Below, one piece after another: positions 44,886 to 55,221 of a stretch of DNA of 64,000 bases (positions within the stretch are counted from its first letter, which is position 1; every line of letters starts with the position of its first letter). The translations under genes were made by a program, and so were the position numbers. Source of the DNA: Sulfurimonadaceae bacterium (GTDB taxonomy: Bacteria > Campylobacterota > Campylobacteria > Campylobacterales > Sulfurimonadaceae); assembly GCA_041571435.1 (NCBI GenBank), contig JBFFUI010000003.1:32001-96000 (forward strand). Direction: 5' to 3'. The notes under the pieces are model-generated. The model had not been told where the DNA came from and searched no databases. It worked only from the letters and a program-made list of their open reading frames with translations.

Positions 44886-46088
44886 TCAGTCCAAAAACTC
44901 TTTTTCAAGCGCAATCAGGTCCTCAAAAGTCTCACGACGACGGATAAGACGGTCTTTTCCGCCTTCTACTGCAACCTCTGCCGAACGCCCTCTTGTGTTG
45001 TAGTTACTACCCATACCGAAACCGTAGGCTCCGGCGCTGTGCACGACGAGAAGATCATCATGCTCAAGTGCCGGCAGTTCATAGTCCTTGGCCAGGAAGT
45101 CACCGCTTTCACAGACCGGTCCGACGACGTCCGCTTTACTTGTCTCACCCTCTTTGCCGATCGCTTCGACAAAGTGGTAGGCGTTATAAAGGCTTGGGCG
45201 GATCAGATCGTTCATCGCCCCATCGACGATGACAAAACGTTTGTCATCGTTCTTCTTCTCATACATCACCTTCGTCAGGAAGTAACCTGCATTCGCGGTC
45301 AGAAAACGCCCCGGTTCGCCGACGACCGTAATGTCAAGCCCGGTCAGTGTTCCGAGTATTGCCTGTCCGTAGTCGTATGGATCGATCGTCGTCTCATCAT
45401 CATACTTGATCCCAAGTCCGCCGCCGACGTCGAAGAACTTGAGGTCGATGTCGATCGCCTGCAGTGAACGGACAAGATCGGCAACGATCTCGCTCGCTTC
45501 ACGGATAGGGTCAAGTTCCGTCAGCTGCGAACCGATGTGTGAGTGGATCCCTACCGGGTCAAGATGTTCCGAGTTTTTCGCCCGGATATACATGCGTTTC
45601 GCCGTGTTGATATCAACACCGAACTTGTTCGCATGGAGCCCTGTCGAGATATAGGGGTGTGTCTTCGGATCGATGTTCGGGTTGACACGGATACTGATAC
45701 GCACCTGCGCATTCATCTCTTTGGCGATCGTCTCGACACGTTCCAGTTCGCCGTCACTCTCGAGGTTGATGTAGAGAATGTCCCGTTCGATCGCCTCGCG
45801 GATCTCCTCATCACCTTTGCCCACGCCTGAAAAGATAATCTTGTATTTCGGTATGCCGGCCAGAAAAGCACGGCGTACTTCACCGATAGAGACACAATCC
45901 GCCCCGGCACCAAGTTTTGCAAAATGGCGCACAACACTCAGGTTTGAATTGGCCTTGACCGCATATGCCAATATCGCCTTACGCCCTTTAAAAGCACTTT
46001 TCAGAGATTCGTACTGCTGTGTCATATGATCAAGATCATACACATAAAGTGGGGTTTTATATTTGTTTGCTAATGCTTTAAAGTCCAT
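44886..46088 (-). CDS. lysA: Diaminopimelate decarboxylase
   Basis: YAVKANSN, HIGSQ, DVGGGLG, EPGR, GPVCESGD and GAYG..SNYN motifs. Confidence 0.98.
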   Translation of the reverse strand: MDFKALANKYKTPLYVYDLDHMTQQYESLKSAFKGRKAILAYAVKANSNLSVVRHFAKLGAGADCVSIGEVRRAFLAGIPKYKIIFSGVGKGDEEIREAIERDILYINLESDGELERVETIAKEMNAQVRISIRVNPNIDPKTHPYISTGLHANKFGVDINTAKRMYIRAKNSEHLDPVGIHSHIGSQLTELDPIREASEIVADLVRSLQAIDIDLKFFDVGGGLGIKYDDETTIDPYDYGQAILGTLTGLDITVVGEPGRFLTANAGYFLTKVMYEKKNDDKRFVIVDGAMNDLIRPSLYNAYHFVEAIGKEGETSKADVVGPVCESGDFLAKDYELPALEHDDLLVVHSAGAYGFGMGSNYNTRGRSAEVAVEGGKDRLIRRRETFEDLIALEKEFLD

Positions 46089-46199
46089 CACTATCTTTCC
46101 TTACAGAGGCATTTAATTGCTGGAATATTAGCAAAATGGTGCTTATGAAGAGCTCGAATCGGTTGCGAAAAGCGCTGCAAAAAAGTGGGGAGAGCCGAT

Positions 46200-47288
46200 T
46201 TATGGAAGAGGTTTTCTTTTCCCCGGTGTCGAATAGCGGCGCCACTGCCATATCGCCCCTATAAAAAGCAGTACGATAGGCAGTACGATACCGACTTCAC
46301 TCGGTATCGCTTTGTTGAATGCCAGTTCGGACATGACAAAGAGGGTCGTCCAGCTGACGAGTGATGCCAAAATGGCCCCGAAACTGAAGAGCGTGATGTT
46401 CAAAAAACGCTGTGAGATCGGTACAAAGAAGAAGATAATGATCACCATGCTCGGAACAAAAAACGGACTGAGAAAGGTCTTGTACAGGGCACTCTTGATC
46501 CGATCGATGTTGACATTCTGTTCGTTTAACAAGAACAATGCATCGACGGCATCCATAATGGTATAGTTGACTTTGCCCTCATAGACCTGGTCGAGTATCT
46601 TCGGCTTAAAGCCTTTCAAGATCGACAGGTTCTCACTTTCATCGATACTGATACCCTGACCGTCGAACGATATAATATCCGGTTTTTTCAATAGGTCTGC
46701 TTTGGGGACATGCCAGCTTTCATCAGCGTAATAGGCACTTTTGGCGATCACGACTTCGTTTAGATCACTCCCCTCCATCTTAAAGATCCGTATATCCGTT
46801 GCACGTTGCTGCAGCGGATAGAGATGGCCGAAATAGACATATTGGTTTTCAAATGTAAAAAAAAGATTGGAGGTCGGCTGAATGTAGCTTGAATGTTTTT
46901 TGATCCCGCTGGCAAACTCTTCGGCTCTCGCAAATGGTGCCGTCGCGTGCAGCGCAATATAGAAAAAGACAACGCCAATGGAGACAACGACAAACGGCTT
47001 AAGAATGTCGTTTTTTGAGTACCCGATGGAGTAGAATGCGACCAGTGCATTTGAGCGGATCAGCAGCACTTTTGTCGAGATCATCCCAAAGACAAGCGAA
47101 AGTGGCAGCAGCATGTCGATGGCATAGAAGGTTCTGTAGACAAGATAGACGATAACGAGGTTGGCAGAGTCAGGAAGCTTTGCTGCGGCGTCCATATAGT
47201 CAAGGCCGACCATAAATAACGCGAGCGCCGACAGAATGATCAACGCATATTTGATGTAATGAAAAGCGATATACCGAAAAGCTAGCAC
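46200..47288 (-). CDS. LptF/LptG family LPS export permease
   Basis: 3 TM + periplasmic domain + 3 TM; LPLSL, SNALVAFYSIG; position after pth as in Campylobacter. Confidence 0.85.
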   Translation of the reverse strand: MLAFRYIAFHYIKYALIILSALALFMVGLDYMDAAAKLPDSANLVIVYLVYRTFYAIDMLLPLSLVFGMISTKVLLIRSNALVAFYSIGYSKNDILKPFVVVSIGVVFFYIALHATAPFARAEEFASGIKKHSSYIQPTSNLFFTFENQYVYFGHLYPLQQRATDIRIFKMEGSDLNEVVIAKSAYYADESWHVPKADLLKKPDIISFDGQGISIDESENLSILKGFKPKILDQVYEGKVNYTIMDAVDALFLLNEQNVNIDRIKSALYKTFLSPFFVPSMVIIIFFFVPISQRFLNITLFSFGAILASLVSWTTLFVMSELAFNKAIPSEVGIVLPIVLLFIGAIWQWRRYSTPGKRKPLP

Positions 47289-47357
47289 AGCAAAATCCCT
47301 TTACATATAGATGATTCTAAATTTTACCCAATCTTGCTAAAGAGCGGCCTTATTGAC

Positions 47358-47951
47358 TTACTCTCCGTCGGGAAAGGCGATCGGTTTGTTCGCTTTGTTG
47401 GGTACTTTTTTGATCGAGTACTTCGAAGCGACATCTTCCCAGGAAGGGGTTCGCCACAACGCCTCAATGGCATTGGCGGCCTGTGCGATCTGTGCTTTAA
47501 GCTGCTCTTGCTGGCTCTCGTCGTATTTGCCGAGGACAAAACTGGTGACTTCGCCTTTATGCTCCGGACGTCCTATGCCCATCCGGACACGAACGTACTC
47601 TTTTCCGATCAAAGCATCTGTCGACTTGAGGCCATTATGACCACCGTGTCCTCCTCCGATCTTAAAGCGGAGTGCGCCGAAAGGAAGGTCAAGGTCATCA
47701 TGGATCACAATAACGTCATCAATTTTAAAAAACTTTTTTACAGCGGCGACTGAACGGCCGGAAAGGTTCATAAAAGTGGTGGGTTTGAGTAAAAAATGCT
47801 CTTTGATCTTGAATAGTTCGCCTTCGAAAGCGGCTTTGTTTATGGTGTCATGGGAGTGACGTGAAAGAAGTTCATCTATGACCATAAACCCGACATTATG
47901 TCGTGTTTCGGCATAGGCCGAACCGGGGTTACCAAGTCCGACAATAAGCAA
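47358..47951 (-). CDS. pth: Peptidyl-tRNA hydrolase
   Basis: LIVGLGNPG, TRHNVGF, KPTTFMNLSG, HDDLD and GGHNGLKS motifs. Confidence 0.98.
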   Translation of the reverse strand: MLIVGLGNPGSAYAETRHNVGFMVIDELLSRHSHDTINKAAFEGELFKIKEHFLLKPTTFMNLSGRSVAAVKKFFKIDDVIVIHDDLDLPFGALRFKIGGGHGGHNGLKSTDALIGKEYVRVRMGIGRPEHKGEVTSFVLGKYDESQQEQLKAQIAQAANAIEALWRTPSWEDVASKYSIKKVPNKANKPIAFPDGE

Positions 47952-47952
47952 A

Positions 47953-48489
47953 TTACTTCGCTTTGATAATACTTAGTACACCAACACGGTCAGCATCGAC
48001 AAATTTTACATTTTCGATAGCGTCAAGGTCACGGACAAGTACAGAATCACCAAGGTCAAGCTTTTCAACATTGACAACGATTGATTTTGGAAGTGCTTCC
48101 GGTGCTGCTTTAACAGCAAGACGCGGCTTAGCAACATACAGCATACCTTTGTTTTTAAGACCGATCGGTGAACCGACAGTCTCAACAGGTACATGGTACT
48201 TTGTCACAACACCCGGTTGTGCCACCATAAGGTCAACATGAAGAAGGTTTCCTGTTACTGCATGAGACTCATAGCCCTGTACAACAACATTCAACTCTTT
48301 GCCATCCAATTTGATTGGGAATGCCAAAGTCTCTTTATTACGAACTGTACGGATATATTCATTCATTTTGAATGCAGCATTGATGTTCTCAAGGCCTTTT
48401 CCGTAAATATTCGCAATTAGATAACCATCACGGCGCAGTGCTTTTGTACCACGTTTACCGATACTCTCTCTAATAATACCTTCTAACAT
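47953..48489 (-). CDS. rplY: 50S ribosomal protein L25/Ctc
   Basis: LRRDGYLIANIYGKG, LLHVDL and PIGLKNKG motifs. Confidence 0.97.
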   Translation of the reverse strand: MLEGIIRESIGKRGTKALRRDGYLIANIYGKGLENINAAFKMNEYIRTVRNKETLAFPIKLDGKELNVVVQGYESHAVTGNLLHVDLMVAQPGVVTKYHVPVETVGSPIGLKNKGMLYVAKPRLAVKAAPEALPKSIVVNVEKLDLGDSVLVRDLDAIENVKFVDADRVGVLSIIKAK

Positions 48490-48696
48490 AGTTAGTCCTT
48501 TAAATAAAATAGGCCGGATTATACTGAAAATATTTTAAAAAATAGGTTAAGTGGAATAGGTAACTGTGTTTGGGAGCGAACGAAACCGATAAGATAGCAA
48601 AATGTTGAAGCGAGATGTTAGCAAACTAAACGCGGCAGACAATAGCTGACTACGCCCGAAGGCGCAGTATCTGCGAGTTACAGAAAAGAAGAGACG

Positions 48697-49884
48697 CTAC
48701 TGTTTGATCTGGAAAATCTCATCTTCCGCAAAGGCCTTCTCATCTTCGCCACTCTTAGGTGAAGCCGAGATCTTGCCACCCATACCTTCCATCTTAAGTT
48801 TAAGGTCTGAAGGCGAGGTCGCATAGTTGAATGCCTGTTCGGTCGAGATGATCTTTTGTCGCCAAAGGTCCAAAAGGTGTTGGTCAAAACTTTGTGAACC
48901 ATAGATCTCACGACCCTCTTCAATGGCATCACGGATCTCAACATCCCGGCTTTCCAAAATAAGCTGTGCAATATACGGTGTCTTGACCATGACTTCAAGC
49001 GCTGCCGCACGTTTTTCATCGATGGTCGGTACAAGACGCTGTGAGATAACCCCTTGAAGGACCGAAGCAAGCGAAAGACGGATACGCGGTTGCTCTTCCG
49101 TCGGAAAACTTGAGACGATACGGTTGATCGTCTCTTTGGCATCCAGGGTGTGCAGTGTCGAGAAAACCAGGTGACCTGAATCAGACGCGTGAAGCGCTGT
49201 TTCAATGGTTTCACGGTCACGCATCTCCCCGACCAGGATGATATCCGGATCTTCACGGAGTGCGGCACGAAGTGCATTGGCAAAACTAAATGTATCTTGG
49301 CCGACACTGCGCTGGTTGACAACACACTTTCGGTCTTTATGGACAAACTCGATCGGGTCTTCGACCGTGATAATATGCTTACGCTTGTTCCAGTTTATCT
49401 CATTGATCATTGCCGCCAACGTGGTAGATTTACCAGAACCGGTTACACCGGTTACCAGGATCATACCACGTTCGATCTGGGTAAACTTTTTAAGAATAGA
49501 CGGCAGCCCCAGTTCCTCGAGAGAGAGAATCTTTACGGGGATAACACGGAAGACCGCCGATACGCCCTCCATCTGAAAAAATATGTTGACACGAAAACGG
49601 GTGTGTTCATCATACGGATAGACAAGGTCAAGCTCTTTTTTTTCAACAAACTCCGTAAAACGTGTACGCAACAGCTCTTTGGCGAATGTCAGTGCATCTT
49701 CCTTGGAGAGGATATCACCTGAAAGCGGTACGATCTCACCTTGAATACGGGCACGAACAACCGCATTGGCTTTAATGTGAAGGTCAGACCCCTTTGTATC
49801 GATCATACGTTTAAGATAACCACGGATCTTCTCCAGGGTCTCAAAGGTCAACGAACTAATATCTATTTCTACTGGACTTGCCAT
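48697..49884 (-). CDS. PilT/PilU-family type IV pilus retraction ATPase
   Basis: GSDLHI, RFRVN, GVTGSGKSTT, EDPIEF, LREDPD.ILVGEMRD and GHLVFSTLHT motifs. Confidence 0.93.
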   Translation of the reverse strand: MASPVEIDISSLTFETLEKIRGYLKRMIDTKGSDLHIKANAVVRARIQGEIVPLSGDILSKEDALTFAKELLRTRFTEFVEKKELDLVYPYDEHTRFRVNIFFQMEGVSAVFRVIPVKILSLEELGLPSILKKFTQIERGMILVTGVTGSGKSTTLAAMINEINWNKRKHIITVEDPIEFVHKDRKCVVNQRSVGQDTFSFANALRAALREDPDIILVGEMRDRETIETALHASDSGHLVFSTLHTLDAKETINRIVSSFPTEEQPRIRLSLASVLQGVISQRLVPTIDEKRAAALEVMVKTPYIAQLILESRDVEIRDAIEEGREIYGSQSFDQHLLDLWRQKIISTEQAFNYATSPSDLKLKMEGMGGKISASPKSGEDEKAFAEDEIFQIKQ

Positions 49885-49887
49885 ACT

Positions 49888-50871
49888 TTACTCCAATTCA
49901 TTTAAAATTTCTCGAAATGCCTCTTTAAAGGCTTCTAAACCATCATCTATCTGCTTTACAACAACCGCATCGAAATCAATGCCTGCTTCAGCTATCTTCT
50001 TGAAATGCGCATCGATGATCGTAGCATCCAACGGTAATTTTACCATTTTATCGCCACCTTTTACAAAAGCATCGATCGTCTCCACCGGTGCCGTGTTGAC
50101 GGAGTGTGCCGCCAACAGTTCATCGATATAGTATGACGGACGAAGGTCATCGCCTTTTACCCCGGTAGATGCAAAAAGTGTTCGACATCGGTCGACCCCT
50201 TTGGCTTCGATAGCGCTGTAGATCGCAGCGGCATTGTAGTTGCCCGTCAATGCCGGGGTAATCCCTTTTTCTGCGAGTTCTGCATCCAGGGCACGGTCGA
50301 TCCGGCTGACAAAGACACTGATCACCGTGTCAACGCTTGTACCGCTCTCTTTTTGTCCGCTTTCAAAGGCCTCTGCACACGAAAGCGCCTGCTCTTTCGA
50401 AAAGATCAGCGTTGCATTGACGGGGATGCCTTCACCTACCAATGCCTTCATTGCGCCATAACCTGCTTCCGTTGCCGGTACCTTGATCATGACGTTGGGA
50501 CGGTCTATCGTCCTGTGCAGACGGAGACCCTCTTCGATCGTTCCCGCCGTATCATCGCAAAGCATCGGATCCACTTCGATACTGACATAACCGTCGTCAC
50601 CTGCATCATAGAGAGGACGCAGGATATCCGCTGCCTTTTGAATATCAAAGATCGCAAGCGCTTCATATTTTTCTTTGGCACCCAAGCCATCGAGTTCCGC
50701 CAGCTGTCGTTTGTAGGCGGGTGATGTCAGGATCGCACTTTTAAAAATCGCGGGATTGGAGGTTGCCCCGTTGATAATCCCGTTATCGATCAATGTTTTA
50801 AACGCGTTATCCAGATAATCGCGTTCTATAAAGTCTGCCCATAATGCAAACTTCTTGTCTGTTAAGTACAT
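49888..50871 (-). CDS. tal: Transaldolase
   Basis: GATSNPAIF, VSIEVDP, NVMIKVPAT, VNATLIFS, SVFVSRID and ASTGVK motifs; ATG 50871 preferred. Confidence 0.96.
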   Translation of the reverse strand: MYLTDKKFALWADFIERDYLDNAFKTLIDNGIINGATSNPAIFKSAILTSPAYKRQLAELDGLGAKEKYEALAIFDIQKAADILRPLYDAGDDGYVSIEVDPMLCDDTAGTIEEGLRLHRTIDRPNVMIKVPATEAGYGAMKALVGEGIPVNATLIFSKEQALSCAEAFESGQKESGTSVDTVISVFVSRIDRALDAELAEKGITPALTGNYNAAAIYSAIEAKGVDRCRTLFASTGVKGDDLRPSYYIDELLAAHSVNTAPVETIDAFVKGGDKMVKLPLDATIIDAHFKKIAEAGIDFDAVVVKQIDDGLEAFKEAFREILNELE

Positions 50872-51007
50872 CTGTTTTCCTGAGTTATTTATATCGGAAT
50901 TATTATAACCCAAAGATATTGCAAAGCGATTAAGAGTTTGCACTATTTATGAACTATTGCGATCTTTATGTTACGCTTCAGTTGTATACCAGCGCTAGGT
51001 TGCAGTA

Positions 51008-51436
51008 TTACTGCTTTGTAAACCGTAAGAGGCACTCTCTGTTGGCTCGCAGTTCAAGCCTGCCCTCATCATCGATCGCATAGCTTTCAACTCTGACCAG
51101 CCGTTGAAGGAGCTCTCTTTCGAGCGCCATCTGAGGACAAGCCATCATCGTTGACATCCCTTCCTTCAATCGGATCTTCGAATCCTCTGTTGTATAACTT
51201 CCGAAGATCTTATTGCAGCCCCCTTTTCCGCTGTAATGTCCATCTTTAAATATCAGATAGGCATCTTGCGGTACCGCCTTGCGCGTCAGACCGAAACTGA
51301 CCAGTTTCCATGTGATTCCTTCGAACTGCTGCGAGGACACTTTAGGCATTGCATCTTCCTTCACTAGCGGAGATGATGTATTGCATCCCGCAATTATCAG
51401 GACGAATAACAAAATGAAAAAATAGTTTTTATACAC
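51008..51436 (-). CDS. META-domain (HslJ-like) lipoprotein
   Basis: Lipobox IIAG-C; WKLVS, GKGGCN.IFGSY and MSTMMACP motifs. Confidence 0.9.
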   Translation of the reverse strand: MYKNYFFILLFVLIIAGCNTSSPLVKEDAMPKVSSQQFEGITWKLVSFGLTRKAVPQDAYLIFKDGHYSGKGGCNKIFGSYTTEDSKIRLKEGMSTMMACPQMALERELLQRLVRVESYAIDDEGRLELRANRECLLRFTKQ

Positions 51437-51478
51437 AAGGTCTCCTTTTCTGTAAAGTTGAGACAGAGGCCGGCCCCC

Positions 51479-52702
51479 CTACCCGGTAATTTTTTCAAAA
51501 ACAATGGCAGCATTTGTCCCGCCAAAACCGAAATTACAGCTCAGAACACGTTGCACTTCTGTTTTGACCGCACTGTTTTTGACTAGGTTGAGCTCTTCCA
51601 TCTCCCCTTCACTCTCTACAAAGTTTATGACCGGCGGCAGCACGTTCTGCTGCATCGCAAGGATGGAGACTACGGCCTCTATGGTGCCCGCGGCACCTAA
51701 AGTATGACCGACCTGCCCTTTGATCGAACTCACATAAGGGCGCATATCGCCAAAGACCGTCGCGATCGCTTTTGCCTCACGGATGTCATTGTAAAAGGTA
51801 CTGGTACCATGAGCATTTATGTAGTCGATCTTCGGCTCTCCGGCCATCTCAAAAGCATCGCGGATCGCACTGATGGCCCCACGTGATTCCGGCTGCGGCG
51901 TGGAGATATGATAGGCATCCGCACTCTCGCCGAAACCGGTGATCTCGGCATAGATCCTCGCACCCCGTTTTTGGGCATGTTCCAGTGTCTCCAGTACAAG
52001 TGCGCCAGCGCCCTCGCCCATCACGAAACCGCTGCGCTCTTTGTCAAAAGGCCGCACCGCCTCTTTGGGGTTATCATTATGATCTTTGCACAGCGCATTC
52101 ATCGCACCAAATCCGCCGAGTGCCAGCGGTGTGACACCCGCCTCGGCACCCACGACGATCATCCCTTCGCCTTTGGAGAACTGCAGTGTTTTATAGGCTT
52201 CGATGAGGGCATGTGTTCCTGCCGCACATGCCGTGTTCTCGCTCAGGTTTGCACCCCTGAGGTCAAACTTCATCGAGACCTGGCCTGCCAGCATGTTCGG
52301 CATATAGGAGGGGATAAGAAAAGGTGAGATATGGGACAGTTTGGAGCTGTTTTTAATGTCTGCCGCCTCTTCGATAGAGCCAATACCCACAAGGCAGTTG
52401 GCACTGACGACACCAAATGCCGTGGTGTCGACATCATCCAAAGAGGCATCTTCATACGCTTCCATCGCAGCGTGCAGCCCCAGTTGGATAAATCGGTCCG
52501 CCTTCTTCTGCTCGCGTTTTTTCATTACCGTTGAAGCATCAAAATCTTTCACCTCAGCCGCGATCTTGCACTCGAGTTCGCTGCTGTCGCAAAGAGTAAT
52601 CCTGTCAATACCACACTCTCCGTCGATGATGGCCTGAAACGACTCCTTGCTATGGCCCAATGCATTGATCATACCGAGACCTGTAATAACGACACGTTTC
52701 AA
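51479..52702 (-). CDS. Beta-ketoacyl-ACP synthase (FabF-like)
   Basis: TACAAG, YINAHGTST, KGQVGHTLG and NFGFGGTN motifs; catalytic Cys-His-His intact. Confidence 0.93.
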   Translation of the reverse strand: MKRVVITGLGMINALGHSKESFQAIIDGECGIDRITLCDSSELECKIAAEVKDFDASTVMKKREQKKADRFIQLGLHAAMEAYEDASLDDVDTTAFGVVSANCLVGIGSIEEAADIKNSSKLSHISPFLIPSYMPNMLAGQVSMKFDLRGANLSENTACAAGTHALIEAYKTLQFSKGEGMIVVGAEAGVTPLALGGFGAMNALCKDHNDNPKEAVRPFDKERSGFVMGEGAGALVLETLEHAQKRGARIYAEITGFGESADAYHISTPQPESRGAISAIRDAFEMAGEPKIDYINAHGTSTFYNDIREAKAIATVFGDMRPYVSSIKGQVGHTLGAAGTIEAVVSILAMQQNVLPPVINFVESEGEMEELNLVKNSAVKTEVQRVLSCNFGFGGTNAAIVFEKITG

Positions 52703-53841
52703 AAAAGCCCCCCTTTGATATCTTGAATAAGACGGTCACTCCATGCATCGATGTCGGTCTCCGTCTGCGAGGTCAGGATGACAAAAGAGATGTCATATTT
52801 CGGGTAGATCCGCATGATCGTCCTGTAGCCCGGTCCGAGACCCTGATGCTGGTAGTAGAACTCGCCTTTGTCATTGATGTGGTACCAGCCAATCCCGAAA
52901 CTGATCTCCTCCTGCGGTGCGAGAAAGGAGTCGACTTTGACGGTCGGCGTCTCCAAGAAGACCTTTTTGGTCTTCTCATCGATCAGTTTGCCGTTGTTAT
53001 AGGCGGAGAGGAAAAGTGCCATGTCGTGAACAGGAGCGACAAGCCCGCCGGCAGCCAGCCATCCGATATCAAACTGTTTCAGCCACTGCGTCATCCCGTC
53101 CCAATGGTCCTTGTTGGCACTGTCCATAAACATGCGCATCGCAATACCGGTGATCGAGAACATCTTCATCGTCCCGTAGACCTGGTCTTTTGCCATCGCA
53201 TCGGTATAGGTGAACCCGCTTCGCATCATCTGCGCCGGCTCGACCACACGTTCCATCACCATCTCGCCGAAGTCCTCACCCGTCGCTTTTTCAATGATCC
53301 GACTCAGGATGATGTACTCCGCGCTTGAGTATTTGGCCTCGCTCCCCGGCAGATAGGGCAACTCGATATGATCAGCGGTCTCTATGCCGCTCGTTTTGGT
53401 ATAGGCATAATAGTTGTCATCTGTCAGCGGCCGCACCTCTGATGAGCGGTCATTGATTCCCGAACTGTGGTTGAGCAGGTTTAAGATGGTGACCGTGACC
53501 TCTTTATCCTCATACATCGCTTTAAATCGCGGAAGGTACTTCTGCACAGGATCATCCAGCGAAAGGACCCCTTCGTTGACAAGCTGCATTGTCACCGTTG
53601 CCGCCAATATTTTGGTCAGCGAAAACACATGATAGACACTCTCTAAAGAAGTGGCCTGTTTTCTGGCAGAATCGTTAAAACCGAAACTGCTCTCATAAAG
53701 GATCTTGTCGCCTTTTAAAATAGCAAACGAAGCCGAAGGCGGAGTCTGATCATTGATCTCCTCGCGTACAAAACGCTCAAAACTCTCTACGCCGCCGAAC
53801 AGGTTCAGGCTGATAAGAAGCGCCAAGAGGAGCGTTTTCAT
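52699..53841 (-). CDS. Exported serine hydrolase, beta-lactamase (class C-like) family
   Basis: Signal peptide; FSLTK (SxxK), LLNHSSG, YSS and HQG motifs. Confidence 0.88.
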   Translation of the reverse strand: MKTLLLALLISLNLFGGVESFERFVREEINDQTPPSASFAILKGDKILYESSFGFNDSARKQATSLESVYHVFSLTKILAATVTMQLVNEGVLSLDDPVQKYLPRFKAMYEDKEVTVTILNLLNHSSGINDRSSEVRPLTDDNYYAYTKTSGIETADHIELPYLPGSEAKYSSAEYIILSRIIEKATGEDFGEMVMERVVEPAQMMRSGFTYTDAMAKDQVYGTMKMFSITGIAMRMFMDSANKDHWDGMTQWLKQFDIGWLAAGGLVAPVHDMALFLSAYNNGKLIDEKTKKVFLETPTVKVDSFLAPQEEISFGIGWYHINDKGEFYYQHQGLGPGYRTIMRIYPKYDISFVILTSQTETDIDAWSDRLIQDIKGGLF

Positions 53842-55046
53842 CTGCGGACCTTTTTCCCCATACTGTTCTTCTCGATACCTTTGACATTGACAAGTTCGAA
53901 ACTGAAGTTGATCTCCGGATAGTAGCGTTTAAAAAGCGCTCTGACATCGTTTTCGCTCGGCATCTTCCGCCCCGCTATCTGAATCTCGAGACTCTCGTCT
54001 TTGAGTTTGGCACTGTCGCTTTTAATGGCGATCAGCGCATCTGTGGCCCCCAAATCATTTTCGATCATGTTTTCAAGCTCCACGATGGAGATACGCTTTC
54101 CGGAGACTTTAATGATCTCATTGGCGCGGCCTAGCAGTTTGAACTTTCTGCCTTCGAGTTCGATGATGTCCGTCGTCGTATAGGGACGTTTCATCAGCGT
54201 GATCTTCTCTTCAAAAAGGTGGCTGGAGAGATACGGAGAATCCACCACCATACGCGACTCATGGTTCTTGGTCACCGAAACACCATGAAGCGGTTCCCAG
54301 TAGGGATTTGTTCCTCTTTTTATCGCCACGCCGCCTGTCTCCGTCGAACCAAAGAGCTGGATGATCCGCGTGTTGTACTGCTTCTCAAAACGCTCGACCT
54401 CATCTTCTGTCAACAGCCCGGTCGATGACAGGAAAGTCACATTGTTCAGGTCATGCTCGCGTTTAAGACGCAGCAGTGCTTTGATATAGACAGGGCTGGT
54501 CACCACCAGGCTCTTTTTATCTTCGTGCAGCAGGGTCAGCTCTTGCGGGTAGTACTCCTCTTTCAACAACAGTTCACACCCCAGGCGTCTCGGCAGCATC
54601 AGACCGGAGAGAAATCCGTAGATATGGATAAAAGGGACCGTCACAATGATGCGTTCAAAGTTCTCGGGCGCAAAGATCGCCTTCAGTGCATCAAGTTCGC
54701 CTTCGATGTTCTCTCTGTTTTTGATCGCCCCTGTCGGCACCCCGGTTGTCCCCGATGTAAAGAAGAGTGCGTACGTTGATGCCGGCAGTGCGGCGCTGTC
54801 ATTTTTGTGGTCATAAGAGGCAATACCCAACTCTTTAACGCGGGCGTCGATCTCTCCGATATTGTGATCATACAGGACAGGCGTCACACCCTGTTCAATC
54901 GCCTTGTGAAGGAGTCCGAACAGTTCCGGTTTGGTATGGGCACTGAACGTCGCCTCTTTGGTTGCCAGGATCTCCTGTTTCTCCTGGATCTCTTCTAATG
55001 TCGTGTCGTTTCTAATGCCGGCATTGTCAATATGGATAATATTCAT
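53838..55046 (-). CDS. AMP-dependent acyl-CoA/acyl-ACP ligase
   Basis: FTSGTTGVP, HIYG, FGSTETGG, TTD and GRA..IIKVSGKRIS motifs. Confidence 0.88.
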   Translation of the reverse strand: MNIIHIDNAGIRNDTTLEEIQEKQEILATKEATFSAHTKPELFGLLHKAIEQGVTPVLYDHNIGEIDARVKELGIASYDHKNDSAALPASTYALFFTSGTTGVPTGAIKNRENIEGELDALKAIFAPENFERIIVTVPFIHIYGFLSGLMLPRRLGCELLLKEEYYPQELTLLHEDKKSLVVTSPVYIKALLRLKREHDLNNVTFLSSTGLLTEDEVERFEKQYNTRIIQLFGSTETGGVAIKRGTNPYWEPLHGVSVTKNHESRMVVDSPYLSSHLFEEKITLMKRPYTTTDIIELEGRKFKLLGRANEIIKVSGKRISIVELENMIENDLGATDALIAIKSDSAKLKDESLEIQIAGRKMPSENDVRALFKRYYPEINFSFELVNVKGIEKNSMGKKVRR

Positions 55047-55221
55047 ACAGTCTACTTTATATTTTTTAAGTCTAATATTTATAATACAAGATGGCTTATA
55101 GAGAGGTATAGAAGAGATGTTAATTCGCTATTATAATACGATATCGAAGATCGGTACACGCCGTTTCCTGAATCACACCCGTTATCCGTCTGTTATAGGC
55201 ATCGTATCGACAATGCCACTG

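Noticed and set aside
48630-48680. Hairpin between pilT and rplY as a ribosomal-protein leader
   Set aside because: It lies upstream of the rplY -10 (minus-strand TATAAT at 48518-48523), so it is more likely a pilT 3' structure.
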